From assembly GCA_048498715.1 (NCBI GenBank), contig JBEHXL010000013.1:490-64489 (forward strand): 64,000 nt of DNA, written 5' to 3'. Made by a program: the position numbers and the translations under genes. The notes beneath the pieces are model-generated. The model saw only the letters and a program-made list of their open reading frames with translations, did no database searches and was not told the DNA's origin. The stretch comes from Actinomycetota bacterium. Lineage in GTDB: Bacteria; Actinomycetota; Acidimicrobiia; Acidimicrobiales; JACCXE01. Each line of letters begins with the position of its first letter. The first letter of the stretch is position 1. This document shows positions 38,278 through 47,606 of this stretch, piece by piece.

Positions 38278-39036
38278 ATGCAGGTGCACCACGGTGACAT
38301 CGAGATCGACACGAAGGACTGGGGCGGCGACGGGATACCGCTGCTGCTGACCCACGGGGCGTTCTTCTTCAAGGAGACGCTCGACGGTCTCGTCCCGTTG
38401 TTGCAGGAACAGTTCCGGGTCATCACCTTCGACCTGCGCAACCACGGCAAGTCGGGCGAAGGGCCGTGGGAGTGGCCACTGGTCGCGGGCGACGTCGAGG
38501 CGGTGCGCGCCGCCTACGGCCTCGAGAACCCGGTCGTCGCCGGGCACTCTCTCGGCGGCATGGTCGCGGCGATCTACGCCGGCTCGTATCCGTGCCGTGG
38601 CGCAATCAACATCGACGGCCAGGGCCGGGGTCGTCCGGAGAACTACGTCGACATGACCGAACCCGAGGTGCACGAGGCGTGGGAAGCAATGGACGCCATG
38701 CAACTCCCCATGCTCGAGGCGATGAACAAGCCGCGCCTCGTGGCGATGCTCGACGACATCAACGACCTCGACATGTTCGCGACGTGGCGCGCGGTCGACT
38801 GTCCGTTCCTGATGTTCAACTGCGTGGCCGACGATCCGCAGTACGCGGCGATGGGGGAGAACGGTGCGCAGATGTTCCGGGCCTACCGTCAGGGACTCAC
38901 GCGTGACTTCGACGCGCTCGCGGCTGAGCGGCCGTCGTTCCACGTCGACCACATCGAAAAGACCCATTTGACGGTCGTGATGGAGCCCCAGGAGCTCGCA
39001 GAAAAGATGGCAACGTTCGTTACCAACTATTGTTGA
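38278..39036 (+). CDS. Alpha/beta hydrolase
   Basis: LLTHG, DLRNHGKS, GHSLGG. Confidence 0.85.
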   Translation: MQVHHGDIEIDTKDWGGDGIPLLLTHGAFFFKETLDGLVPLLQEQFRVITFDLRNHGKSGEGPWEWPLVAGDVEAVRAAYGLENPVVAGHSLGGMVAAIYAGSYPCRGAINIDGQGRGRPENYVDMTEPEVHEAWEAMDAMQLPMLEAMNKPRLVAMLDDINDLDMFATWRAVDCPFLMFNCVADDPQYAAMGENGAQMFRAYRQGLTRDFDALAAERPSFHVDHIEKTHLTVVMEPQELAEKMATFVTNYC

Positions 39037-39039
39037 GGC

Positions 39040-40734
39040 GTGGCTGACCTCGTAATTCGCAACGCGAACATCGTCGACGGGACTGGGGCTCCTGCGTATG
39101 CAGGCGACATCGTCATCGACGGCCAAACCATCACATCCATCGAAGCGCCGGGCACCGCTGCTGCGGGCGATCGCGAGATCGACGCCGCGGGCAAGCTCGT
39201 GGCGCCGGGCTGGGTCGACGTGCACACGCACTACGACGGCCAAGTCACCTGGGACCCGGAAGTCACCCCGTCGTCGTGGCACGGTGCGACCACGATCGTG
39301 ATGGGCAACTGCGGCGTCGGTTTCGCGCCGGCGCGCACGTCGCCCGAGGAGCAGGCGCTGCTGATCGAACTCATGGAGTCGGTCGAAGACATCCCGGGCA
39401 CCGCGCTGCACGAGGGCATCGACTGGCAGTGGGAGTCGTTCCCCGAATACATGGACGCGCTCGACTCGATGCCCCGCGTGCTCGACATCGCCGCGCAGGT
39501 GCCGCACTCGGCGCTGCGCGCCTACGTCATGGGCACGCGTGCGCACGACGACGACGCCACCGAAGAAGACGTTGCGCTGATGGCCAAGTTGTCGGCCGAG
39601 GCGATCGAGGCGGGTGCCGTTGGTTTCTCCACGTCGCGCACCGTGCTGCACCGTTCGAAGTACGGACTCGTACCCGGCACGACGGCGCCGGGTGAGGAAG
39701 TCGTCGCCATCGCCGAGGCGATCGGTGAAGTCGGCAAGGGCGTCATCCAGATCATCAGCGACCGCTCCGGCCACGACGGCCCCGAGCGCCAGTGGATGGT
39801 CGACATCGCGCGGAACACGGGCCGCCCCGTCACGTTCCTGACCGCGCAGTCGCCGTTCTCGCCCGAGGGTTACCGCGACGTGCTCGACCACGCGCAGGCC
39901 CTGCAGGAAGAAGGCGTGATGTTCGTGCCGCAGGTCGGTAACCGCCCGACGGGCATGCTCTTCGGCCTCCAGTCCTCGTTCCACCCGTTCATCACGCACC
40001 CGACCTACCGAGCCATCGCTGACCTCCCGCTGGCTGAGCGCGTGGCGGAACTGCGCAAGCCCGAAGTGCAGGAGCAGCTGCTCAGCGAGGAAGGCAAGAT
40101 CACCTCGCCGCTCATGTCCCGCTGGGAGCAGATGTTCCCGCTCGGCGAGAACCCCGACTACGAGCCCACGCAAGATTCGTCGGTTGCCGCCGAAGCCGAG
40201 CGCCGCGGCTGCCGTCCACAAGAAGTCGCTCTCGAATGGCTCCTCGAGCGCGACGGCAAGGCGCTGTTCTTCGCGCCGCTCGCGTCGTACGTGCACTACA
40301 ACTTCGACGCGATCCGCGAGATGGTCTCTCACCCGGCCACCGTGCTCGGCCTCTCCGACGGCGGCGCCCACTGCGGCCTCATCTGCGACGCGTCGATGAC
40401 CACGTTCAACCTCACGCACTGGGCCCGCGACCGCAAGCGGGGCGAAAAGCTCCCGCTCGAATACGTCGTGCAGCAGCAGACGCAGCGCACCGCGCAGCTC
40501 TACGGCTTCGACGACCGCGGCGAGATCAAGCCCGGCAAGCGCGCCGATCTCAACGTGATCGATTTCGAGAACCTGCACATCAAGGCACCCGAGATGATCT
40601 TCGACCTGCCCGCCGGCGGTCGCCGCCTCGTGCAGTACGTCGACGGCTACGACTACACGATCTGCGCCGGCAAGGTCACCTTCGAGAGCGGCAAGCCCAC
40701 CGGGGAGCGCCCCGGCCGCCTCGTCCGCGCCTAA
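39040..40734 (+). CDS. N-acyl-D-amino-acid deacylase family amidohydrolase
   Basis: PGWVDVHTHYD, GNCGVGFAP, SDGGAH, DRG..PGKRADLNVID. Confidence 0.9.
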   Translation: MADLVIRNANIVDGTGAPAYAGDIVIDGQTITSIEAPGTAAAGDREIDAAGKLVAPGWVDVHTHYDGQVTWDPEVTPSSWHGATTIVMGNCGVGFAPARTSPEEQALLIELMESVEDIPGTALHEGIDWQWESFPEYMDALDSMPRVLDIAAQVPHSALRAYVMGTRAHDDDATEEDVALMAKLSAEAIEAGAVGFSTSRTVLHRSKYGLVPGTTAPGEEVVAIAEAIGEVGKGVIQIISDRSGHDGPERQWMVDIARNTGRPVTFLTAQSPFSPEGYRDVLDHAQALQEEGVMFVPQVGNRPTGMLFGLQSSFHPFITHPTYRAIADLPLAERVAELRKPEVQEQLLSEEGKITSPLMSRWEQMFPLGENPDYEPTQDSSVAAEAERRGCRPQEVALEWLLERDGKALFFAPLASYVHYNFDAIREMVSHPATVLGLSDGGAHCGLICDASMTTFNLTHWARDRKRGEKLPLEYVVQQQTQRTAQLYGFDDRGEIKPGKRADLNVIDFENLHIKAPEMIFDLPAGGRRLVQYVDGYDYTICAGKVTFESGKPTGERPGRLVRA

Positions 40735-40737
40735 CTG

Positions 40738-40789
40738 CCGCGTTCTTGTGCTGTTTCGGGGCGCTATGGCGCCCGAAACAGCACAAGAA
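40738..40789. repeat. REP-like palindrome, copy 2 (between convergent genes)
   Basis: Near-identical to 32521-32573. Confidence 0.85.
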
Positions 40790-40791
40790 AC

Positions 40792-41448
40792 CTAAGAACG
40801 CTTGAGCGGGCGGCCGGTGTCGATCGCTTGACGGAGTTGGCGCGCCGCGATGTACGCGTCGTCGGCGTCGACCAGCCAGCGCACGGCGACGAAGCGTGTC
40901 GCGCCTGACGTCAGCAGGTCCTTGATCGACACCGGGTTCACGCCGCCGGTCACGTAGAACGGCACGTTGGCGTTGTCGACGGCGAAGCGGAGGTACCCGA
41001 GGCCAGTGCCGGGCCGGCCCGGTTTGGTCGGCGTGGGGTTCACCGGCCCGACCGAGATGTAGTCGATCGGTTCGCGTTCGGCCCCGATGAGGTCGTCTTG
41101 GGAGTGCGTCGACAGCCCGATGATCGCGTTCGGTCCGAGGATGCGACGCGCCGTCGACGGCGGGCAGTCGTCCTGGCCCACGTGCACGCCGTCGGCCCCG
41201 AGCTCGAACGCAAGGTCGGGGCGATCGTTGAGGATGAAGGGCACCCCGTGCGAGCGACAGACGTCGCGTACGAGCGCGGCGCGCTTGAGAACGGTGCGGG
41301 CGTCGCCCTCCTTGTCGCGGTACTGCACGATGTCCACGCCGCCTTTGATGCAGGCGTCGACGAACTGCGGCAGGTCACGCCGGTTGGGCGTGCACAAGTA
41401 GAAGCGCCGGCCGGCGAGATGGCCGCTCAGAGGATCGACGCTGGTCAT
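40792..41448 (-). CDS. thiE: Thiamine-phosphate synthase
   Basis: QYRDK, ILNDR, ADGVHVGQDD, GLSTH, TPTKP. Confidence 0.92.
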   Translation of the reverse strand: MTSVDPLSGHLAGRRFYLCTPNRRDLPQFVDACIKGGVDIVQYRDKEGDARTVLKRAALVRDVCRSHGVPFILNDRPDLAFELGADGVHVGQDDCPPSTARRILGPNAIIGLSTHSQDDLIGAEREPIDYISVGPVNPTPTKPGRPGTGLGYLRFAVDNANVPFYVTGGVNPVSIKDLLTSGATRFVAVRWLVDADDAYIAARQLRQAIDTGRPLKRS

Positions 41449-42044
41449 GCGGGGTCCCGTTGCATCGGGCGCAACGTAATTGCGCCGTCGGGTGACTGCA
41501 CTTCAGCGAGCACCCGAAACCCGTGACGCTCGTAGAACGTGACGTTCCGCGGATTGCTCGACACCAGAAGGCACGGCAACTCGTCGCGATCGCAGAGCGC
41601 GAGGCCCGGACCCACGAGCGCTTCACCGAGTCCGCCGCCGCGTCGATCGGCGCGCACTCCGATCCATTGCAGCGTCCAGTGCGAATCCCCGGAGAGGTGC
41701 GGGCGCACCATGCCCATGGTGGCGAAACAGTCTGCGGCCCGGTCCTCGCCAGACGCCTCGACGATGAGCCCGCGGGCGTGGTCGGCCCCCGCGCCATCGA
41801 GAAACCCGAGGTCCGGCGGGATCCAGCCGACGGCCGCGCCGCCGTCGCGTGCGAGAAACAGGTGGCCGCACTCGATCAGCCGACTGGCGACCATGTGCAT
41901 CCACGCCGCGCCGAACGCCGGCCACGCGGCGTCGTCGGGGGCCATGTAGCGCAACCAAGGATCGGCGCTGAACGCGTCGACCCAGATGTCGGCGATCAGG
42001 TCGAGGTCATCGCGCCGCGCTCGACGGAGGCGTGGTTCAGCCAC
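41445..42044 (-). CDS. GNAT N-acetyltransferase
   Basis: AFSADP, IGV...RRGGGLG, NVTFYERHGF. Confidence 0.85.
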   Translation of the reverse strand: MAEPRLRRARRDDLDLIADIWVDAFSADPWLRYMAPDDAAWPAFGAAWMHMVASRLIECGHLFLARDGGAAVGWIPPDLGFLDGAGADHARGLIVEASGEDRAADCFATMGMVRPHLSGDSHWTLQWIGVRADRRGGGLGEALVGPGLALCDRDELPCLLVSSNPRNVTFYERHGFRVLAEVQSPDGAITLRPMQRDPA

Positions 42045-42243
42045 CCGCCACTGCCTTCACGATCTCCAGGGCGTCGCCTTCCCTCAAAACGACCGCCCCA
42101 TGCTCGCTGCGCAGCAAGGCCTCGCCGTTGTGTTCGACGGCAACCGTGCGCTTACCCCAGCCCAGTTGGTCCAACAGATCGCGAACAGTCGCTCCATCGG
42201 CGAGCGTGGTGGGCTCCCCGTTGGCGACGACGGTGATGCTCAG
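42037..42243 (-). CDS. thiS: Sulfur carrier protein ThiS (CTG start; missed by ORF track)
   Basis: (L/M)SITVVANGEPTTL...VAVEHNGE...LREGDALEIVKAVAGG*, C-terminal GG, thiE downstream. Confidence 0.88.
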   Translation of the reverse strand: MSITVVANGEPTTLADGATVRDLLDQLGWGKRTVAVEHNGEALLRSEHGAVVLREGDALEIVKAVAGG

Positions 42244-42833
42244 GACCGCATGGCCGCAGCCGCTTTGGCTGCCGCCTTCTTCTCGGCTTTGCCGGCGCGC
42301 ACCTTGCCGAGCGAGGCGCTATCGACGATGTCGGCCACCGACAGGAACGTGCCGGGCCGACCGTAATCCCTGGCGACGTCCTCCCAGCCTGACGGCGTCA
42401 CACCGAATTGCTTGGCGAGCAATGCCACGAAGATGCGCGCCTTCATCTCGCCGAAGCCCGGCAGCGCTTTCACGCGTTTGTACAGGTCCTTGCCGTCGGC
42501 GGCCGTCGTCCAGATCGTGGCCGGCTTCGCGTCGTACTCGTTGACGATGATGTTGCAGAGTTCGTGCACGCGGCGGGCCATGGCGGCGGGGTAGCGGTGC
42601 AGCGCCGGCCGGTCGCAGAACACGGTGACGAGTGTGTCCTCGTCCATCGCCGCGAGCTTCGTGACATCGAGCTTCATGCCGAGGCGCTGGGTCAACGTGA
42701 ACGGACCGAGGAATGCCCACTCGAGCGGTACCTGCTGGTCGAGCACCATGCCGATCAGCAGCGCGAGCGGGTCGGTTGCGAGCAGCTTGTCGGCTTCGTC
42801 GTTCTGCGCGAGGGCGAGTTGCTTGGGCGCCAT
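42240..42833 (-). CDS. HhH-GPD-type base excision repair protein (actinobacterial)
   Basis: LLIGMVLDQQVPLEWAF, PALHRYP, LPGFGEMKARIF. Confidence 0.88.
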   Translation of the reverse strand: MAPKQLALAQNDEADKLLATDPLALLIGMVLDQQVPLEWAFLGPFTLTQRLGMKLDVTKLAAMDEDTLVTVFCDRPALHRYPAAMARRVHELCNIIVNEYDAKPATIWTTAADGKDLYKRVKALPGFGEMKARIFVALLAKQFGVTPSGWEDVARDYGRPGTFLSVADIVDSASLGKVRAGKAEKKAAAKAAAAMRS

Positions 42834-42854
42834 GCGCAGAGACTACCGAGGCTT

Positions 42855-43298
42855 CTACGACCGTACGACGGTGACGCCGTGCCTCGCCTGCACCGCCATC
42901 AACGCCGCGAAGTCGGGCGGACCGTCGGTGGCGGCGTTGAGAATTTCGGCGATGCCGAGGAAGTAGTCCTCTTCGAACAATCCCGGTGTCGAGACGACGA
43001 GCATCCACGCGTCCTCGGTGGTGTGGTTGTCGAACTTGTGGGTCTGGCCGCGTCGCACACACAGGGCTTGGCCTTGTTCGAGCTCGGTCTTGTCGCCATC
43101 CACGAGGTAGGTGATCGTGCCTTGCGTGCAGTAGATGGTCTCGTCCCAGTCGTCGTGCTTGTGGGCCGGTGGCGTCTGGGCGCCAGGCGCCAAGCGAGCG
43201 ACGAAGGCGGTCGTGGTGCCGCCGGAGTCTTCAGCATCGATGAGGAACTGCACGTCGATGCCCGGTGTCTTGATGAGTTGCTTCGTTGCCTTCGTCAC
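42855..43298 (-). CDS. Cupin domain protein
   Basis: PPAHKHDDWDE...G...RGQTHKFDN. Confidence 0.85.
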   Translation of the reverse strand: MTKATKQLIKTPGIDVQFLIDAEDSGGTTTAFVARLAPGAQTPPAHKHDDWDETIYCTQGTITYLVDGDKTELEQGQALCVRRGQTHKFDNHTTEDAWMLVVSTPGLFEEDYFLGIAEILNAATDGPPDFAALMAVQARHGVTVVRS

Positions 43299-43350
43299 GG
43301 TCGGTTCCCTTCGAGGTCGTAAAGGCACTGTACCAATCTCGGTGACGGTA

Positions 43351-43365
43351 GTAAAGTGGCTTTAT
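43351..43365. promoter_or_regulatory. MarR-type operator overlapping the regulator's -10 box
   Basis: GTAAAG-TGG-CTTTAT palindrome between divergent cupin and marR genes. Confidence 0.55.
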
Positions 43366-43366
43366 C

Positions 43367-43834
43367 ATGGACGGTGTGGGACCCACTACTGCGCCACCCC
43401 TCATCGGAGCTCTCGTTCGGCGACCAACCGAGGCTGTGCACCTGCGAATCATGCGGGAGGCGCACGACGCAGGGTTCACCGATCTGGTGCCGGCGCACCT
43501 GGCGGTGCTGCGGTATCCCGGGCCGAACGGGCGACGACCTTCCGATCTTGCCGCCGAAGTCGGCACGACGAAACAGGCGATGAACTATCTGCTCGGCCAA
43601 CTCGAACAACTGGGTTACGTCGCGCGGATCGACGACGCTGAGGACCAACGCTCCAAGCGCGTACAACTCACCGAACGCGGCGAGGCCCTCCGGCGAGTGA
43701 TCCGCCGAACCGTCACCCGCATCGAAGACGAACTGGCGGCCGAGCTGGGGTCGGCGGCCTACGAACAGCTTCGGAAGCTCCTCGTTCGTCTCAACGACAC
43801 CGACACCATCAAGGCGGAACGCAACACGGCCTGA
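43367..43834 (+). CDS. MarR family transcriptional regulator
   Basis: SDLAA...TKQAM...LEQLGYV...DQRSKRVQLTERG. Confidence 0.92.
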   Translation: MDGVGPTTAPPLIGALVRRPTEAVHLRIMREAHDAGFTDLVPAHLAVLRYPGPNGRRPSDLAAEVGTTKQAMNYLLGQLEQLGYVARIDDAEDQRSKRVQLTERGEALRRVIRRTVTRIEDELAAELGSAAYEQLRKLLVRLNDTDTIKAERNTA

Positions 43835-43868
43835 TCCACGAAGTGGATCGCCGGGGCCAGGGAAAGCA

Positions 43869-43894
43869 AAGAGCCGCCCCGGAGGGCGGCTCTT
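43869..43894. terminator. Intrinsic terminator hairpin between convergent genes
   Basis: AAGAGCCGCCC-CGGA-GGGCGGCTCTT; T-rich tail on minus strand. Confidence 0.8.
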
Positions 43895-43915
43895 GCGAGA
43901 TCGTATTACGAACGC

Positions 43916-44581
43916 TTACGCGGTCTGTGGGCGCCGCTTCCGGCTCACCAGCAGCAGCATGTAGCCGACCGCCACGAGACCAGCGCCGAGCGGCGACCAC
44001 TTGAGGATCGTCGAACCGGTGCGGGCGAGCAGGCCGCCGCTGCCGTTGACCTGGCTGGCGCGCAACACGGTGAAGGTGACGGTGACGGTGCGCTTGGCGC
44101 CATTGGCGGCAACGCCGGTGGCCACTGAGGTGACCTTGGAACCGAGCGGGCCGATCGTGACGGCCTGGCCGTTGGCGACCACGACGACGTTGCCGCTCGT
44201 CGCGGCGAGACCGGTGACGGCGAGCATGCGCCCGACGCGCTGGATACCGAGCGCCTGGGCGAGCGCACCCTGGATCTCGAAGGTCTCCTGGACGCAGCCG
44301 CTGTCGTCAGCGGTCTTCGACGGCACTGTCACGCTGTTCACCACGAACGTGACGACCGTGCCCGGCTTGAAGCCGCACTCGGAGACCGTGAACTTGGCAC
44401 CGAGACCGCGGAAGCCGAGGTCGACGGTCGTGTTCTGATCCGCGGGAGTGGTGGTGGACGGAGTCGGCCCCGGGTACGGCGAAACCGTCGTGGTGGTCTG
44501 CGCGTATGCGGCGCCTCCACCCATCACGAGCGCTCCGGCCGTCAGAAGAAGCGCTACGCCGCGGCGAAATCGCTTTGTCAT
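43916..44581 (-). CDS. Secreted protein with LAXTG (class E sortase-type) anchor
   Basis: Signal peptide (AYA), Thr/Pro-rich N-terminus, LARTG at 44015-44029, TM helix, RKRR. Confidence 0.75.
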   Translation of the reverse strand: MTKRFRRGVALLLTAGALVMGGGAAYAQTTTTVSPYPGPTPSTTTPADQNTTVDLGFRGLGAKFTVSECGFKPGTVVTFVVNSVTVPSKTADDSGCVQETFEIQGALAQALGIQRVGRMLAVTGLAATSGNVVVVANGQAVTIGPLGSKVTSVATGVAANGAKRTVTVTFTVLRASQVNGSGGLLARTGSTILKWSPLGAGLVAVGYMLLLVSRKRRPQTA

Positions 44582-44646
44582 GCTCACGTGCATCTCGACA
44601 GCGTAGCGAGGAGCGTTTCGTCGGAAAAGAACTAGTGCGTGCCGTG

Positions 44647-46560
44647 CTACCTGTGGAGGCTCCACCGAAGGTCCAGCGTGCGGTCCCATTGGAGTCCTTC
44701 GGTACCCGAAGAACTGACTTTCCAGCCCAATCCGGACACTTTCACGCGCAATTTCATCGGTCGGGCGCGGGGTTGGGGGACGAACCGGAGCCGAAGAGAA
44801 TTTTTCGCGACGACGTTCGTGAGAATGGTCGTGAACGACACCGATGTCGACTTTCCGGGCATCACTTCGACACCGCCGATGGTCAGCTTGAGGCCGGACT
44901 CGTCGATGCCGCCGACCTGATCGCCGTTCGCCGGTCCCCAGAAATGCACCCGGGATCGGTAGAGGCCGGCCACGTTCGTGACGATGCCGTCGGGCCCGAA
45001 CTGCTCACCGGATGGGGTCGGAATCGGCGCCTTGTTCGTGATCGTCACCTTGGTGTTCACGACGGCGGTGCCGTCTTGGGTGAGGTGCACGTCCACGTCC
45101 ACAGTCGGGTCGACGTAGTAATCCAACTTGGTCGCCGTTGCGTTCTGCACCGCGACATGAATGGTGTTGTTGGGCGCAACGCGTCCGGGGCGACCGCTGA
45201 GGCCGGCGTGTTCGAGAGCGAGTTGATCATTCGCGTCCAGCGATGTCACCCAGGCGTGTCCGCCGGCGGCCGCCGTGCCGAGGGCTCGCACGATTGCACT
45301 CGTATTGAGGGTGCCGGTCTGGATGCGGGCGAGCACGACGTCGGCGACACTGGCCAGTTGTTGTTGCCGGAACGCTCGTCCCGCGACCGAGTCGGCGCCC
45401 TGGTCGGCATAGAGGTCGTTCAAAAGGACCTGCTCTGCGTTCTCGGCGCTGATCGGCGTGGCGATGCCTGGGACCTGCACCGGTCCGGTGATGGAGATCA
45501 ACGAGGCCAGCGCCGGAACATCGAGAGCGACGACGCCGTCGACCGCTTGTCCCGTTTTCGCTTTGTACATGGCCGCGATCGTCTGCCCGCTGACGCTCGT
45601 GTCGGCCGTCGCATTCACCGACTGCCAGTACTGCAGCGGCACGAGATAGCTGAATGCTTCCGCGGTGCCCTTCGGCAACGTGTAACCGGTGGCCGGTGCG
45701 TTCAGCTGCAGGTCAGCGACGCTGCCCTGCCGAGTCAGTTGCAGGCGGCCGCGCTCCGCCTGCGCGACGGCGTAGCTCAGGACCATCCCCTGGTCCCGCA
45801 TTTCGGCGTTGTTCTGGAACGCCAGAAAGAGGCGTGTCGGACGGTCGCCGCCGAGCAGGCGACGGGCAACGTGCATGGTGTTGGCGGCGGTGCTGAGTCG
45901 TCGGGCGGTGTTGCCGATTGTCGCGTCGAGATCTCTGGTTGCACTCGCCAGCATCGGTAGCTGCCCGCCTCGGTGCGTCTTCGGCAGACGGCTGAGTTCG
46001 CTCCCGGCCGTCGCCGCCGCGTCAGCGAGCTCGTTGAAGGCGTCGAGGTCGACCGATGCGTTGCGCACGCTCAGTGCGTCGCGGACGGTCTCGACCCGGG
46101 CCGAGAGCGCGTCGCCGGCCACGGCCGCGTCGTGGGCCACCTCGACCGCGCGCAGCAGGTCGCGCCGCTGATTGCTCACCAGCGGCACGACGCTCACCAA
46201 ACGCAAGACGGGTGAACGGTGCAGCCGCCGCTCGGCGCGCGCGGTGCGGTCGACGGCGTCGGTTGTCGCAGCGCGCAGGTTGGCCGATGCGGCTTTGTCG
46301 GTGGCGGTACCGATGTTGCCGGCCGCGCTCGTGAGATCGTTCCGGGCATTGAGCAGATCCCGGCGGGCGCTCATCAGGTCGAAGGCGCCCCACAGCACCA
46401 AGAGGCCGGCGACGAGCGCCAGTCCGATCAGCGCTTGCGCCCGTCGGCTTCGGGGGAGACCGAGGCGACGGCGAAGACGCCGCAGTGTGCGTCTCCAGTT
46501 GAGGCGCCGCCCGGTGAGGCGGCGCATGCGGCGATCAGTTGTGTCGCGCTGAGGCGTCAT
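44647..46560 (-). CDS. DUF4012 domain membrane-anchored protein
   Basis: N-terminal TM, helical region, FQNNAEMR..G, VDGVVALD, KLDYY; start may be 46527. Confidence 0.8.
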   Translation of the reverse strand: MTPQRDTTDRRMRRLTGRRLNWRRTLRRLRRRLGLPRSRRAQALIGLALVAGLLVLWGAFDLMSARRDLLNARNDLTSAAGNIGTATDKAASANLRAATTDAVDRTARAERRLHRSPVLRLVSVVPLVSNQRRDLLRAVEVAHDAAVAGDALSARVETVRDALSVRNASVDLDAFNELADAAATAGSELSRLPKTHRGGQLPMLASATRDLDATIGNTARRLSTAANTMHVARRLLGGDRPTRLFLAFQNNAEMRDQGMVLSYAVAQAERGRLQLTRQGSVADLQLNAPATGYTLPKGTAEAFSYLVPLQYWQSVNATADTSVSGQTIAAMYKAKTGQAVDGVVALDVPALASLISITGPVQVPGIATPISAENAEQVLLNDLYADQGADSVAGRAFRQQQLASVADVVLARIQTGTLNTSAIVRALGTAAAGGHAWVTSLDANDQLALEHAGLSGRPGRVAPNNTIHVAVQNATATKLDYYVDPTVDVDVHLTQDGTAVVNTKVTITNKAPIPTPSGEQFGPDGIVTNVAGLYRSRVHFWGPANGDQVGGIDESGLKLTIGGVEVMPGKSTSVSFTTILTNVVAKNSLRLRFVPQPRARPMKLRVKVSGLGWKVSSSGTEGLQWDRTLDLRWSLHR

Positions 46561-47560
46561 GGGCTGGGCTCGCGGCGGGCTCGGCGGGCAATCGGAGGAG
46601 CGTGGCGAGAAGCACTACTCCGACGATGCCAACCGGAACGGCGATCGGTAACGCGGGAAGGGTGCCGCGGCCGACGAGTACGCCGAGGGTGGCCGCCGCG
46701 CCGGCGACGGCCGTGATCAGCCCCGCCACGACGTGGGTCGACCAACCGAGCCGCAGGAGACGGTGTGACGTGTGGTCGGTGCCGCCCTGGTAGACGGGCT
46801 TGTGCCGCTTGGTGCGGGAGATCACGACAAGGGTCGTGTCGAACAGCGCGGGCGCCGTGAACAACACGACGGCAGTGATGCTCGACGTGTGGGTCACCGG
46901 GAAGCGCAGCTTCAACGCGATCGCTGCGAGGAGATACCCGAGCGGCAGCGTTCCGGCGTCGCCCATGAAGATCTTGGCCGGGTACCAGTTGTGGACCAGG
47001 AACCCGCCGCACGCTCCGGCCACGACCGCGGCCATGCCTCCGACGAGGATCTGGTGCTCCAAGCCGGCGGCCACGGCAAGACCGACCGCCGTCGCCGTGG
47101 CGATGCCGGCGGCGGCGCCGTCCATGTTGTCGACGATGTTGAACGCGTTCGTGACACCGACCAGCCACACGACCGTGATCGCGATGTCGAGCGCCCCGCC
47201 GAACAATTCGACGTGCGCGCCAGCCGACGCGGCCATCAGCGCAGCGAGCACCTCAGCGGCAAGCCGGGGAACGGGCGACAGGTTCCGCATGTCGTCGAGC
47301 AGTCCGACGATGGCGAGCAGTAGCGCGCCCGCGAGGATCACGAGGGCTTCGCTCTTCCACTCCTCGAGGAACGGCGAGACACACAACGCGGCGACAACGA
47401 TGGCGACACCGCCGAGGTACGGCGTCGGACGGGTATGCAAGCGGTCGTCGCGCGGGGTGGCCGTGATGTCGGTCACCTTGGCCACTCTCGTCACGAGCGG
47501 GACCAGCGCCAGCGTGGCGACGAAAGCGACCCCGCCGAGTACCAATTGACTAGCTGACAA
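46535..47560 (-). CDS. Glycosyltransferase family 4 (WecA/TagO-like polyprenyl-phosphate GlcNAc-1-P transferase)
   Basis: PTPYLGG, GLLDD, NAFNIVDNMDG, KIFMGDAG, DHTSHRL; TTG after GGAGG. Confidence 0.9.
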   Translation of the reverse strand: MSASQLVLGGVAFVATLALVPLVTRVAKVTDITATPRDDRLHTRPTPYLGGVAIVVAALCVSPFLEEWKSEALVILAGALLLAIVGLLDDMRNLSPVPRLAAEVLAALMAASAGAHVELFGGALDIAITVVWLVGVTNAFNIVDNMDGAAAGIATATAVGLAVAAGLEHQILVGGMAAVVAGACGGFLVHNWYPAKIFMGDAGTLPLGYLLAAIALKLRFPVTHTSSITAVVLFTAPALFDTTLVVISRTKRHKPVYQGGTDHTSHRLLRLGWSTHVVAGLITAVAGAAATLGVLVGRGTLPALPIAVPVGIVGVVLLATLLRLPAEPAASPAHDASARHN

Positions 47561-47606
47561 CCTCGATCCTCCGGGGGCGAGGCTATTCCGCCAATACAGT
47601 CGTGCC

